Assembly: GCF_001194135.2 (NCBI RefSeq)
Contig: NC_069005.1
Span: forward strand, 902,194 to 966,193
Length of the DNA: 64,000 nt
Direction of reading: 5' to 3'
Source of the DNA: Octopus bimaculoides
Lineage: Eukaryota
The position numbers and the translations under genes are program-made. Positions 40,871 through 55,249 of the stretch are shown here, one piece after another. Under the pieces are notes generated by a model. It did not search any database. It was not told where the DNA came from and saw only the letters and a list, made by a program, of their open reading frames with translations. How positions within the stretch are numbered: position 1 is the first letter of the stretch; each line of letters begins with the position of its first letter.

Positions 40871-41506
40871 GTTAGTTATATGAAAATAAGTATAGATTTA
40901 GACGTACACACAAACTCAAAGACAAATATTAAAAACAGTCATCTTTTTTTAGCTCTTAACAGAATCAATATTTTTCAGTTTAGAAATAAGTAAATTCTTT
41001 ATTCAGGTTTATTTTTAAAAACGAGAAAAAAAAAAAGATGTTAAATTCTAAAATATTATCTTCAAACCACNNNNNNNNNNNNNNNNNNNNNNNNNNNNNN
41101 NNNNNNNNNNNNNNNNNNNNNNNNNNNNNNNNNNNNNNNNNNNNNNNNNNNNNNNNNNNNNNNNNNNNNNNNNNNNNNNNNNNNNNNNNNNNNNNNNNNN
41201 NNNNNNNNNNNNNNNNNNNNNNNNNNNNNNNNNNNNNNNNNNNNNNNNNNNNNNNNNNNNNNNNNNNNNNNNNNNNNNNNNNNNNNNNNNNNNNNNNNNN
41301 NNNNNNNNNNNNNNNNNNNNNNNNNNNNNNNNNNNNNNNNNNNNNNNNNNNNNNNNNNNNNNNNNNNNNNNNNNNNNNNNNNNNNNNNNNNNNNNNNNNN
41401 NNNNNNNNNNNNNNNNNNNNNNNNNNNNNNNNNNNNNNNNNNNNNNNNNNNTTTACCTAAAAGTGGAGGAGTGATCATCATCATCACCATTATCGTCGTC
41501 ATCATT

Positions 41507-41537
<31 letters not shown>

Positions 41538-41545
41538 GCAGCAGC

Positions 41546-41579
<34 letters not shown>

Positions 41580-43057
41580 GTTAATGTTCATGTTCCATTC
41601 GGTCTGGGTTGGACAACAGACAGAAACTGAAAGTGTTGTCGAATTGATTGTGGGCAAAAAGAAAAAAAAAAAAGAAAGAAAGAAATTGATTATTGATTTC
41701 TTCTAGTAGCACAAGGTCTCAGATTTCTTAGGGACAGGGGAACCGATTTTAGTGTGAAGATCATTTTTCATTTCTTTATTAGGAAACAGCAGCAGTGTGG
41801 TGGTCATGAATTCAAATCCTATTATCATAGCCATTAGGAATGATAAACTCCCAAGCAAAGTAAACACCTCTGAGGGAGAGGCTTTTGCTACCAACAAGCT
41901 TTCTGAACTTTGTCCAACCAGTTTCAATTTGAACAACTGCAGAGCATCCTCCTCTACTGCTAATTTGGTTACGTAGGTAACAGAAACTGTCTTCTTTCTC
42001 TAAGGAACCCCTGGGCATTGAAGTAAATCTGTTTCCTCTGTGTTCTTAGTGTTTATAGTTCCTACACATCAGAAAATACACACACACACACACACACACA
42101 TACACACACGCACACACGTGTGTGTGTATTTTCTGATGTGTAGTTTCTGGTTGAGTTGTTAAATGAGTACAGGTGATAAGAAGGAAGGAAATATAAAAAA
42201 AAGGTGTGCAGAAAGTCTCTTTCAGCTGTTCGAAGAACAGATGTGCAGATGGTGCATGTCGTGCAAAACATGCAATAGCTATGCATACATCAGAGATCTA
42301 CTCCATCATCAGAGCGAGAATGAGAATGAGCAGCAATCTGTTCCGTCATCAGAATAGAGTCTGGCACAGTCCTCTGGCTTGCCAGTTACTGTCAAACTGT
42401 CCGAGCCATGCCAGTATTAAAATCAGACATTAAATGATGATGATGATGATGATGATGAGAGGTTTTGTACAGTTTCTAAGTCTCGCTCACAAGACATTAG
42501 TCAGTACAAGGTTATAGTTGTAGGGTTGAACCCAACACCATATGGTTGTGAAGCAAACTTTTTAACCAACTTCTACAAAAACAATTACTCTAAAAAACTC
42601 TGTTTATAAGCAGCAGCGGCATTTTTTGATGAATTGCTATCAGGTAAGAATATCACCTGTGATAAAATCATTTTGTTCAGAGGGAGATTTATCTCACACC
42701 CAACCCACTTCATAACATAAAAAAAGGAAGACAAGCACCAGTTCTTGGTGCCCATCACAGCTCAGAAAACATTTAAATTTCATGAATACTTCTGTCTTTT
42801 AAAATGATATTCAGTTCTTATCCTCTTTTTCATCATCATGGTTTTACCACGGAAACACCCTCACAACATACAGCACCTCACATTACACACCACCACGCAT
42901 CCACAACTCAACACTCACATTACACCCCTACACACACACACTCCTCACACTGCACACCACACATCCCCAGCTCAGTCCTCACATCATCTGCTACCACAGT
43001 CACCAAATCCTTCCAGACCAATTGCACAATAGTCTGGTTTCTCTCTCTCGTTCACAG

Positions 43058-43212
43058 ATGGTTCAACTGCTGTCCACAAAGCCTGTTATGACAGCAACTG
43101 CAAAGCTTTAGAATTCATAATGAACCGCAGGGGTGACATACACTGTCAAGATACGCAGCTGCGATCTCCGATCCACTGGGCTGTTGCAACACCATCGACT
43201 GATTGTCTGAAG
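43058..43212 (+). CDS. Ankyrin-repeat protein exon; 155 nt, phase 1-0
   Basis: Acceptor ctctctctcgttcacag|AT and donor AAG|gtatgg. G from 8498 plus AT gives D; reads DGSTAVHKACYDSNCKALEFIMNRRGDIHCQDTQLRSPIHWAVATPSTDCLK, continuing the ankyrin register. Not shown in this frame in the ORF track. Confidence 0.92.
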
Positions 43213-44257
43213 GTATGGCTTCTTTTCTGTATTCTAAATGTTTCTTTGTTTCCCTAACCCCTACCCCTTCCCTGAGATCAGCCAACAGACTGTTTTACAG
43301 ATTCCCTTTCCCTCCTCTAACCTATTTTATTTGCATGGAACAGTAAGAAACAAAAGCCCTTACATAGAACCAGCCAACAAGGGGTGGGGTGGGGTGGAGG
43401 AGGAGGAGGTCATAAAAGCAGTGGTGATGGGGATGAGGATTAGGGGGCTTAAAATGATGGTGAAGATTTTGATAATGGGGGTGGTGGAGGTTTGTTAAGA
43501 TATTAAAGATGTTAAGGGGCTGATTGTTAAAACGTTGGCTGTTACATTGAACAGGTCAACCTATATATTGAGGAGTGTTCTCACTCACATATAATGGTGG
43601 TGGTGGCGGTGGTCATCGTCGTTGTTGTCATCATGATCATGGCTCCTGTGGTGGTGGTGGTGGTTGAAAAGTAATGTAGCCATTACACAACTATTAGTCA
43701 ACTGCCTTCTAACCATGACTGTTCTGCTTCATTCCCTCTGTCTATTCAAATCTTAGAGGTATACTGTGGATACTAGACTGGTGAAGAGCCTATCAGAGAG
43801 CCTATATGTGTGTGCTCTCTCGACCTGCTAAAGGCAGCAACCAAAACTCCCTGAAACTGTACATTCTACTGCCTTAAGTAAAGAAAGATACATTAGACAA
43901 TGTTGTCTTTGACTGGATGGTCATGGTAGAATGTCTTTGACTATTGATCTGTTTGGTTGTGAATTTGGAATTAACAGCTAATTAGTGCACTGAATATTAT
44001 AAGTTGTAATGAAACATGAGGGAAATGTGAAACAAGTGTATATAATATATTCATAGAGTCTTGACATATTGGTGGTGTAGTTGATGATGATAGTAAGGGT
44101 AGTGGTGGTAATGGTGGTGATGGTAGTAGTGGTGATAGCAGAGATGGTGAAGGTAGTGGTAGCAGTGGTGGTAGTGGTGATGGTAGCTTTGATGGTAGGC
44201 TGAGTAATTCAATTGATATCTAGTCCTTGCACGTTTTTTTTTTTTTGTATGTTACAG

Positions 44258-44470
44258 CTTCTTCTGCCCCATGACGTTAATGTATCATCTCGAGACAAAG
44301 ATGGACTGTCACCCAGCATGTGGGCCTGTCGACTTGACCACATTGACCACTTTGAACTGTTATGTAAAGCCAACCAATGGCAGAATGATGAAGAAGTTGA
44401 AACCGATGACAGTGGACGTACATGGCTTCACTGGGCAGTCCGCAGAACAGAACCCCTTGAATGTTTGCAG
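44258..44470 (+). CDS. Ankyrin-repeat protein exon; 213 nt, phase 0-0
   Basis: Acceptor poly-T..gttacag and donor CAG|gtaaaa. Encodes LLLPHDVNVSSRDKDGLSPSMWACRLDHIDHFELLCK...DDSGRTWLHWAVRRTEPLECLQ. Confidence 0.95.
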
Positions 44471-45348
44471 GTAAAAGACCCTACATCTCCTGGCTCTCCT
44501 CTTGCTAACCTTACACTCTGTCCCTAAAATTCTTATTTAAAATAAATATTTCCTACACACTTCTTTCATCAGTCTATATAAGCTGCTCTTCTTGGCTTAT
44601 AAGCAATGAAGTTCAGAGAATTAACAGTGAAATATCCTTCAAATTAGAGCATTTCTGCTTTATAAAAGACACATTAATAAGTTAATATTGCCCTGAACAC
44701 ATTAAGCATATACAGGTGGAAAAGTCCATTAAAGAAATTTAGTGAAACAACAAAAAATTGACACTGAAAAACAAAAGGATGGACAGGTAAAATAAAATGA
44801 AGTGTGAGAAAGATTTTCTGGTAACTTGACACAAAATAGACAAGTTTATTTGCAAACATAGGAACACGCCATCCTAAAATTCACACACATAAAACAGATT
44901 ATACAATACATAAATATAAAAAAAAAAACCCTCAAAGAAACTTAATTCACTCAAATTACAACAAAACACAACATGAAGAACCAGAAGTACGACCGTGAAT
45001 GACCTGTAAAAGTCAACTGTGGAGGACAACAATAAGGAAAACGAAAACCTGTTTAGGCAAGCATATTACATGGAAAGTATTGCAGGTACGGTTCTGTGGT
45101 GAAGAAGCTTGCTTTACAACCAGGTAGTGTTGGGTTGAGTCCCACTGTACACCATCTTGGGCAAATGTCTTTTACTTTAGCCCCAGGTCAACCAGTACCT
45201 TGGGAGTGAAAATGCATGACAGAGACTCTATGGAAGCTCATAATATACATACATACATACATACATACATACATACATACATACATACAAAGGGTCCAGA
45301 GTTCAAATCAATGTATTGACCCATTACCTATTCATATGTTTGTATATA

Positions 45349-45985
45349 CAGGATGGCATACTAAGAAACAGCCCAGGTTCTGTAGCATAGTGTGAATACG
45401 GAAATAAATTTGCACACACAAAAAAAGCACCCAGCATTTCGTTTACAAGTGTCATTGTGTTATTTCAATGGGAAAAGTAGGTTTTTAATTGCTGTACACA
45501 TGTGAAATGCTATGGTTTCAACTTTTGACTTTTCAAAATCCGTTGTCATGACCTCCTGCTTATGTGAGACGGTTGCACCAATTTATGAGTTACTGTCTTT
45601 GGACTTTGAGTAATCCTTTGGCAAATATCCTGAATAACTTCTGGTGTTCAAACTGTAGGCTCTCTTTGTTTTGGGGGTGTTGTGCACTGACCCTGTAGCA
45701 TGCCACTTCTTAACCAATCATTCTCTTTGCCAGTAAACCTTTACCCAGAAACTTAACTTCAAAAATTGGCATCTATTTGCTTCCTCAATCTTCACTCTTT
45801 CTGTTATTGAGTCTGTCATCTTGCAGAAAAGGCTATAGACATTTACTCAATGCAATTGTACAATCAACTAATGCACTAGTTGACTGTTCTCACCAAACAG
45901 TCAACTTGTGCACCATCTTTGTTCAGCAGTTACAAGTGGTCAAAATAACGCAATGACAAATGAACGGCTGTATTTATGTTTCACT
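45349..45985 (-). mobile_element. Internally deleted Tc1/mariner-like relic (N-terminal HTH region)
   Basis: Minus strand reads LVKKWHATGSVHN and TPEVIQDICQRITQSPKTVTHKLVQPSHISRRS*QRILKSQKLKP*HFTCVQQLK. The left end is TA|CAGGATGG at 45347; the other TIR is only partly recognisable. Confidence 0.55.
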
Positions 45986-46320
45986 CATGATCACAAGATC
46001 ATGGTTTCAATTCCTGGACTGAATGGTGTGTTGTCTTTTTGAGCAAGTTCACTCATTTAAACTGGGAGCTAGTTCATTCAGTTATGGACTGGAACAACAC
46101 TGCAATGGACCAGCATCCCATTCAAGGGAATGTTATGATCTTGGTCACTTACACATGATGGAAACCAGATAACCAATCCTAAAACCCAAGGCAGTAACGT
46201 CCAGGGGCCTTTTTTTTTTAATATGTGTATGCTTGACTAATGATATGTGACCCTGTAAATCTCACTAGTGATTTAATAATTTGTGTATTTTTAAACCTAT
46301 TTCAACCATTTCTATTTCAG

Positions 46321-46396
46321 ACCTTACTCACCAAGGACTCTGCTGCATTGAGAGACAAAGAGGGAAAAACTGTTATTTTAGTTGCAGCTGAACTGG
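46321..46396 (+). CDS. Ankyrin-repeat protein exon; 76 nt, phase 0-1
   Basis: Acceptor catttctatttcag and donor CTGG|gtaatg. Encodes TLLTKDSAALRDKEGKTVILVAAEL(G). Confidence 0.9.
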
Positions 46397-47068
46397 GTAA
46401 TGATAATATTTATTGATTCATTACAGCCAATGTTGGTGTGTTTATGTTCCCCGCAACTTCCTAGCATGAAGAGGAGGTTGAGCTTGTTGGGAAATGCTGA
46501 CAGCAAGGAATTTAGAACTTCATTATTCCAAACAGACTATGGAAGTCTGATATGGAGATGTGAAAAATCCTTATATTCTAACATAGTTGTGCTTTCAAAA
46601 TATATTACCTATGGACCTGTCTGTCTGTATGTATTTATATACAGGTAGAATAGTTTGTGGGCTGTTATGTAGATGTGTGTGTGTGTGTGTGTGTGTGTGT
46701 ATACATATATGTATAGGCACATGTATGTAGGCAAATGGATATGAATGTAAACAGATAGACATACAGACAGATAGGTACATCGGTAATATGAACAGACAAG
46801 CACACATATACACACACATATGCAAATGAAGACTGAAGCATGTGACCATATACACACACACACTTCACTTCACACAAGAACACATATGGAGACACACAGC
46901 CACACGTATGGAGATACACATCCATACATACAGACACAGTACATAGTCACAAAAGCCCATACACACACACATCTTTATATATATATATATTTGTCCCACC
47001 CATGCTAGCATGTAAGGCAGATGTTAAACGATGATGATGATGATATACATATATATCTTTATATATGC

Positions 47069-47100
<32 letters not shown>

Positions 47101-47175
47101 TATTGTATATATATGTGTGTNNNNNNNNNNNNNNNNNNNNNNNNNNNNNNNNNNNNNNNNNNNNNNNNNNNNNNN

Positions 47176-47212
<37 letters not shown>

Positions 47213-47814
47213 TATATATATTATATACATACATATATATACACACATATACGTACATAAATATATATTCACATCAGACTATACATACATGAACAGTATT
47301 GTATAGACCAAATCTAGCAGTGACAACTGTCCAAGAATCAGCAATTCTACCCCCCCCCACCTCCCAAACAGCAATTCTTTCGGTCTGTTTACCATCTTCC
47401 TAGGATAGTCGAGTGAAATTCTAATTACATCTTAGCCAGTTCTTGCAAGTATGTGAGAGTGCAAGCTGTTAGCTCTACCCAGCTTGTATACCATGACAGG
47501 AAATCACCGAAGGAGGGAAATATAGGCAGAAGTCTGCAACGAAAAATCAATAATCAACTTATTGATTTATTGCCAATCTCTAGATGTCATCTCCAGTATA
47601 AGACAGAGATGAGATGCTCGCTCCATGTGTTGTTTATAGTTTAATAGACTATCATTGTTTTTATTATTTGTTTTTGTTGTTGTTGTTGTTGTTAATGATG
47701 ATGTCACTGCTGACGTCTGTTCGCCGTCAGTGTTTTGCTGTCATCATGTCTTTTTTCATTCAGTTTTCACTTGTGTCATTGACACAGATACCACCATCAT
47801 CTTTCTTATTTTAA

Positions 47815-47865
<51 letters not shown>

Positions 47866-48035
47866 CCCCTGTTTGTTACATTTTGTTGTGAGCTGGTTGT
47901 AGAGAACCACTTCCAGTGTCTCCTGTTCCTCTAAAATAAGGAAGAAAGTTGAGCAAGGGGCTACCACTTCTTTTTACCTTTCATTTTGCAATTAATGATA
48001 ACTATCCAAAAAAAACCTGTATGTGTGTGTGTATA

Positions 48036-48075
<40 letters not shown>

Positions 48076-49121
48076 CACACATGCACACGCACACATGCAC
48101 ATGCACACATATATATATTATATACATACATATCAATATATATATATATGTGTGTATGCAAGAATCTTCTTTATACATACATCTAGTTATCATTTTCATT
48201 TAACCTCCCTTTTCTATGTTCGCATGGATCAGATGCAATTTATTGAGGCAGATTTTCTATGGCTAGATGTCACTCCTGGCACCAGCCCTCACCCACTTCT
48301 ATTTCCAGCCAAGGGGTTTTTTAAACCCAATATTCTACATGCAGTTATTTATAGTATAGGGATTTGAGACCCGACTGCAAAATTATCAGTTTGCGATCAT
48401 GAGTATACACCACTACTGTTTCATCTCATTCATGAAAAAAGCAACCAGCCCTTTTACCCTAGTTAAACAGTTTGGTGCTGAAATCACGGCAGACTGCAGT
48501 TAGTCTTCAGGCAAGACAGGTCACAGTGGAGCACATTGTTATCCTTCAAACAAGACACATTGTGGTTCTCTTCTCCAAGCTTCTACAATGTGCAATGATT
48601 ATTGTATCTGCATTTCTCTTCCAGATTGCTAATGTCTAAGTTAACACAGTAAATCTATTCCTACTTATTATTCTGCTAACCAGTGAATCTATGATAATTT
48701 ATACACAGTTTTCTATCAATAAAATATGGTTGGACGTTTGTGAGTTGCCTTTATTTATAATACATGCAGCCAGCCAAAACTCACAACATGGTGGCCACAA
48801 ATACACAGGCTCTCAACACTATCTTTCACCATTAAAAATAATATATATATGCATACATACGACTGATGCCAGTGCCACCTGTGCTAGTGGCATGTAAAAT
48901 GCATCATTCAAACATGGCCGATGCCAGTACCACCTGACTGGCTCCTGTGCCAGTGGCACGTAAAAAGTACCCTCTATACTCTTGGAGTGGTTGATGTTAG
49001 GAAGGGCATCCAGCTATTGAAACCTTGCCAAATCAGATTGGAGCTTGGTGCAGCCTCCCAGCTTGCTAGTACTCAGTCAAACCATCCATTCCATGCCTGC
49101 ATGGAAAGCAGATGTTAAACA

Positions 49122-49153
<32 letters not shown>

Positions 49154-49163
49154 ACATGTGTGC

Positions 49164-49229
<66 letters not shown>

Positions 49230-49319
49230 GCAATGGTATATATATTTCTTGGGCACAAATTTTAATTTGATTTTTGCTTAAAATGTCTTATTTAATTATC
49301 TACTTCTGTTATTATTCAG

Positions 49320-49463
49320 GTTCTTACCCAGCATGCAAGTTGATTGTTGAGTTAGCAGGTCAGAGTGTTGTCCATGACCAAGATAACTGCAAAAGGACAG
49401 CATTGCATTTGGCCACCCTCGGTGGACATGGCAATGTCTTGAATTTTCTCTTAGAAAATGGAG
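49320..49463 (+). CDS. Ankyrin-repeat protein exon; 144 nt, phase 1-1
   Basis: Acceptor ctgttattattcag and donor GGAG|gtgagt. Encodes GSYPACKLIVELAGQSVVHDQDNCKRTALHLATLGGHGNVLNFLLENG. Confidence 0.95.
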
Positions 49464-49741
49464 GTGAGTTAAATGATATCACTGGACATAGATCTTATGT
49501 GTGCATGTATGTATGTATGACAGGCTTCTTTTAGTTTTCATCTACTAAATCCACTGGTAGCTTGGTTGACTTAGGGCAATAGCAGAAGGTGTTATACAGT
49601 GAGACTGAATCCAGAACGTTAATTGGGAAGTAAACTTCTTGCCATATAACCGTGCCTATGCCACATCTCTAAATAAGGATTAAAAGTTTGAAATAATTTT
49701 AAATACAGGAACAAAGAAGATGATGCATAGAATGGGAATTT

Positions 49742-49775
<34 letters not shown>

Positions 49776-50022
49776 TTTTTTTGCTTATTACAAAGATCTT
49801 GAAATTTCTAGTTTTTGGTAATCATGTTCAGTGGCATTTCATTCCTGTTAGAAACTGTCAGTATAACATAACGTGAGATAAATAAATCAAACGAAAGTGA
49901 ACATTTTATGAATTATAAATGGAAAATAATTACAGTCTGAAAGACATTCACAGAATGTGTGTCTTTGAAGGTTTCTTTTTTCCAAAAAACTGAAAACTTG
50001 AAATGTATTATTTCTGTTGCAG

Positions 50023-50597
50023 CCAACATTGAAGTTCGTGACCAGTTCCAGGCAACTGCATGGGATTACGCCAGTAACAAACAGCTGCACTATTGTCAGT
50101 TGATCATTAAGTCTCACATGCATCAGTCACTCCAGGTCGGACTCAGGGCATCCAACAGTAACAACTCGTGGCAGAAGAATCCAGGCAACCGCCTCAATGA
50201 CCAGTTATTGACCATCAACGAACAGATGCATTGTAACACCAATAATAACAGCAACGTCAATACCATCACCACCACTGCCATTACTGCTACCACAACTTCC
50301 CCCATTGCAACCATAACTGCAGCTTCTATTGCTACTACTACTACTACCACTACCACCACCACCAACACCAATGTCGGCAATGTTATTAAAACTAATCACC
50401 AAAATATGATGAGACATGACTCTAGAAGAAGCACTGAGTGCAGTAGTGATGAGGGGGACATCAACAACAACAACAACAACAACCAACATGTTTTTGTCAA
50501 CAACAACAACAATAACTACAGCAATACGATCAGAAGAGGCTTAAGAAACAGAAGTGCCTCCTTTCAACACAGAGGAGAAAGCAACGTACCATCAAAG
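50023..50597 (+). CDS. Ankyrin-repeat protein exon (last repeat plus Thr/Asn-rich low-complexity region); 575 nt, phase 1-0
   Basis: Acceptor tatttctgttgcag|CC and donor AAG|gtgagc. Encodes ANIEVRDQFQATAWDYASNKQLHYCQLIIKSH...poly-T...poly-N...ESNVPSK. Confidence 0.92.
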
Positions 50598-50703
50598 GTG
50601 AGCCCCCCCCCCCAACCATTTACATTTCCCACTTGAGTCTTGAAGAGACACAGGATGTTCTTTTTTAATGTATTTCTTTTTTATACTTTGTTCACTTCTT
50701 TTT

Positions 50704-50746
<43 letters not shown>

Positions 50747-51564
50747 GGAACTTTTGCCACAGTGGTCAGAGCCAGCTGGGATTTGTTGCAAAACCAATTG
50801 CCTTCCTACTTTGTATCTCATACTTGCACTAAACTTTATTCTTGACAAAGGCACTTTAACTTTGCTTGATTTTGGTCCATCCAGCTGTGGATAAGAACCA
50901 TGGCGAGGTACAGGTCATTACAAGGTCACAGTATAATCAACAAATGTTTAGTTAGTTTTAACTCAGCTGTGTCTCACCCTCCCCTGCCGGTCCAGTCAGA
51001 AAAGAAATGGCAATATCAAAATATACAGAACATTTAGTTCCTTTCACTAGACATGATATATTTATCACCAGTTATTACTGTAGGTGTTGACTGATCAGAA
51101 TGTGAGGCACTGGTTCATATTCCTCTATTGAAGCTACCTAAACTCTCCACTGATTTATTCAGAACTACTGCCTTGTAAATCTCAATTTCAGTTCAATTCA
51201 ACTTCAAGTGTCTTGTGTTTTATGTGAGTACATTTGAAAGTATATGCTTCTATGAGGCATGGCCACCCCATCTGATTAGCTCTTCCTATTATGAGATGGA
51301 CAGGTTATCAGTAGTCTTTTGCTTGCTTAACACTATGAAACTAAAACAAAGCAGTTATCCTTAAAGCTCATTAGGTTACATTCATAAATATTTTTCTTTT
51401 CATTTTTATCTCACATTCAGTAGTTATCTCTATTGTCTGAGAAATTCTATGAATGCTGCACTAACAGTTCCTATAAACTTATTACCTTTGTTTATTGATG
51501 TCATCATAAATTTTCATTCCTTTTGCGCATTTCATTTTAGCTTGAAAATGAAAGATCTTTGCAG

Positions 51565-51690
51565 TCTGTGATCTGTCCACCAAAGAAACCAAGAAACCAA
51601 CACTTTTCAACAGCTGGCAACATTCAACAGTTCAATCCAAATGGTCCCATCTCACCTCCTTTGACCAACACTGGTAGTGCTTCAGATGAG
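51565..51690 (+). CDS. Ankyrin-repeat protein exon (disordered tail); 126 nt, phase 0-0
   Basis: Acceptor atctttgcag and donor GAG|gtactt. Encodes SVICPPKKPRNQHFSTAGNIQQFNPNGPISPPLTNTGSASDE; phases fit neighbours. Confidence 0.85.
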
Positions 51691-51971
51691 GTACTTCTTA
51701 ACAGATTTCCTTGTTTTTTTTTTGAATTGCATCAAATTGCTTTGAATGAGTATTCCAATAGGCATGCCTGTTGGGTTATGCAGCTTAGTTTCAAACCACA
51801 AAGCNNNNNNNNNNNNNNNNNNNNNNNNNNNNNNNNNNNNNNNNNNNNNNNNNNNNNNNNNNNNNNNNNNNNNNNNNNNNNNNNNNNNNNNNNNNNNNNN
51901 NNNNNNNNNNNNNNNNNNNNNNNNNNNNNNNNNNNNNNNNNNNNNNNNNNNNNNNNNNNNGTTTGTGTGTG

Positions 51972-52002
<31 letters not shown>

Positions 52003-52750
52003 TTGTGTGTTTTCCTTGCTACTGCTTGATCAGCAGTATTGGTTTCTTAATGTACCTACAACTTAGCAGTTCAGCAAAAGAGGCAGACAGAATAAGTATG
52101 AGACTTGAAAAATAAGTGCTGGAGTTGGATTTTTGACTAAAGCCTTCAAGTCAGTACCTCCAACATGGCCACAGTCAAATGATTGAAACAAGTAAAAGAT
52201 GAAAACTCTCTGGAGCAGATGGATTCAGTCTTTGAAGCTCTGATATCATAATAAAGATGAAATTGGTGGATTATAAATAAAGATCTAATAAGCAACTCAT
52301 CCAGTTTCCACAGCTGCTGGCAATCCACCGCCCCTTTATTTATTGCCTGTTATTAGCTTATCTATGGTAACTCTTCTATTCTTGTGTTCCTGGGATTAGA
52401 GTGAAAGCCTTGAGACTGATAAATAATGAAAAATTGGGTATATTTGGTGGATATTTAAGCAATGTGTTTGTGAATGGTTAATGGATTGGATGTGGTACTG
52501 AAGAAAGGTCAAGAACTCTTGAAATCTGCATATACACCCAGTACCTGTTTTTCTGTCTTTGATCACATTGTTTACATAGACATATTTGTATGTGAAATGT
52601 CGTAACAAATCAGCGCTGGCTCTAATTTCAATGGAAAATCTGCAGAGATAACTTTAAGAAGTCATTTTTGTTTCTAGTAAAGCCCGACAACACCATGAGA
52701 TAAACTGGACCAAAAAGTCAGGATATTGATGTGCTTGGTTTGTTTTGTAG

Positions 52751-52868
52751 GTTGTCAGAGATGCAGAAACAGCAAGAAGATTAGCAATGTATCATAAAGA
52801 TGAAACTATAGAAAATCAACAATCACTTGAAAATAAAGAACAACAACCAAACACACCAGATTCCCAAG
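52751..52868 (+). CDS. Ankyrin-repeat protein exon (disordered tail); 118 nt, phase 0-1
   Basis: Acceptor ggtttgttttgtag and donor CAAG|gtgaaa. Encodes VVRDAETARRLAMYHKDETIENQQSLENKEQQPNTPDSQ. It supplies the 0-to-1 phase change needed between 51690 and 55250. Not in ORF track. Confidence 0.8.
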
Positions 52869-54689
52869 GTGAAATTTTATTCTTCTCACACCTAATGATT
52901 TCTGTTTTTGTCTTCTTTCTAGCTCCTCCCGCCTGTTCTTATATAATGTAGCAGCAAGATAGCTAATGCCTGTTCCTCTATCATACTTCAGCCTCTTGAG
53001 ACTGGACATAAAAGCCATCTCCCACTTTACTGTAATCCCCAATCAGTCAAAGAGTCTTTTCCTTTGACTTGTGAATTAATTGGCTTCTTCTCCTTGAAAC
53101 TAGTATCATGGAAAGAGCACCCAGTACACTCTGTAAAGTGGTTGGCATTAAGAAGGCTACCCAGCCATAGAAACTATACCAAAACAAACATTGGAGCTCA
53201 TTGGATCCTGACACACAGTCCAACTCGTGCCAGCATGGAATATGGACATTAAATGATGATGATGATGATGATGATGATGATAACAATGATGATTTTATTA
53301 TGTGATGCCCTAAACTCCACTTTTACTCCTTTTAGGGATTATTATTTGATGTATTACTCTCTTTCTAAGACAACATGGTATAATTTGAAAAAGGGCTTGT
53401 TTGCTATTTCTAGCATGCCATAGGACCAGTTGGCAGTGCTTGCTTTTTGTCTCATTGATATATGGTTGCATGTTTAAACAGTAGAATAAACTATGGAAAG
53501 ATATCATTATGGTGGTTTATAAACTAAGTCATAACAGAATTATATACAGGACCATATAACAGCTATAGTTGGTGGGGAGGGGGTCATCCCTGTTCCTGAA
53601 TAACATCCATCTATATAAACTGCAATGGGGTACAGGTCTATCAGAAAAGCTTCTAATCTAGATATTGTGGTAAAGAAAGTCTCAGGTATTCTCCTTTAAT
53701 TAAATAAGACCTGTATGGCCAGCTGCTACAGTTGATGTGGGGCCAGGAAAGGTTGTAAGTAGAATGTAAAGGAATAATATTTTACAGGGGGTTTATTTCA
53801 ACCTTTTTTCATCTATAGTCTAAATGTTTGTCTGTTCTATCATGGTGGGGTGGGGGTTAATTATTATTGTAGATAAATATATCAAAAGAGCAGGTCAGGT
53901 GTCATAGAAAACAGCAGTTCAAAGCAGTTTGTATGTTATATAAACCAATGGCTCATGCGTTAGAATAGAACAGCAAGATGCATAAATATGTTTGTAGGTA
54001 TTTGTTGGATATAAATATTCATGGATCAATGTTCAGTATGTGATTTTTGTGGAAAAAAATGTGTTATATCGGATATACGTGAATTGCAGTAGTTTCTCCT
54101 TTTAGAGTGGCACACACACACACACAAAATAAATAATAATAAATAATAATAATAAATAAAAAGGGAAGAAATAAACATAGTTATTACAAGCACTATCAGA
54201 AATAATTTACTGCTTTGAGTATTTGTTCAGCTAAGCATGCATTTTGTATTGGGACAAATAGAAAGAAATATCTTTTGAAATAGTAATTCTGTTGTTAGAA
54301 TGGATGAAAAGATTGTGTTATGAAAAGCTGTAATGCCTTGTCATGTAAGCTACAATGGCTGGTAACAGCAGAATGCAACCAATGGATGTGAATTGGCCAA
54401 ACTGTGACAGGAATTATGCATGATGCTTTGCAATATGTTTTGGCTCTTTGTGTTCTGGCAGCAAAGCCTGTGATGATACCAGTTTCAAGCGGTGTCAGCT
54501 TTAACCAGCAGCATATCTCTTGGATAAACATTGATGGTATGGAGATGGAACACATGCATGGGCCAGATTTGGTCAAAGGAATTTTGTGTCCCCACATTTT
54601 TGGGAAGATGTATGGTCAACTTTGACTGATGGAGCCTCCACCCACTTCCATCTAATAATACACAGTCTAATGATAAAGGATAAAAACAC

Positions 54690-55030
54690 TGATCATCTTC
54701 TTCTTCTTCTTCTTCTTCTTCTTCTTCTTCTTCTTCTTCTTCTTCTTCTTCTTCTTCTGTTGCTGCTTTTCTTCCTCCCCCACCTTCTCTGCATCACATC
54801 ACTCACGGATGTCAGCTCCAACTCAAGAGCACAGACTGTCTTTCATTGGAGTCTTCCTGGCTCCACTCTCAGACCAGCTGCATGGTCTGCCGGTCCACGT
54901 GCAGGATGTTTTCACGAGACAGAATTGGCTCACAAGGAGTTCCTCCATCTTTTGAAAGGTCTTATTTTTAGTTCTGCAGAGTGTCCACAACAACCTCCAC
55001 ACCTGGCAAGCCAGATGGTGGGGGTGAGGT
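54690..55030 (-). mobile_element. Degenerate RTE-like LINE 3' fragment with (GAA)n tail
   Basis: Minus strand reads KIRPF..ELLVSQFCL...TGRP, weakly resembling the RTE C-terminus, and runs into a (GAA)n array at about 54695-54760. Confidence 0.4.
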
Positions 55031-55249
55031 GGGGAGAGTGAAGGACAGTTTAGTTACTGACCACCTGACCATGAAACAAGTAGTACTGGGAAACATGGCA
55101 CCAGAAGCAGGATTTCCCTCATTTGACCTGAATCAAAATAAATAGGTCATATAATGGCCAGATGGATTTTAATTGCAGTTAACTCAGTCTCTTGTTGGGT
55201 CACAACCAGTCCTTTTGCTAATTCCAATTTTCTTTTCGTTCTTTTGCAG

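Noticed and set aside
54295-54625. Overlapping short ORFs on both strands
   Set aside because: Not needed for the gene's phase continuity, no convincing splice pair, and no motif recognised.
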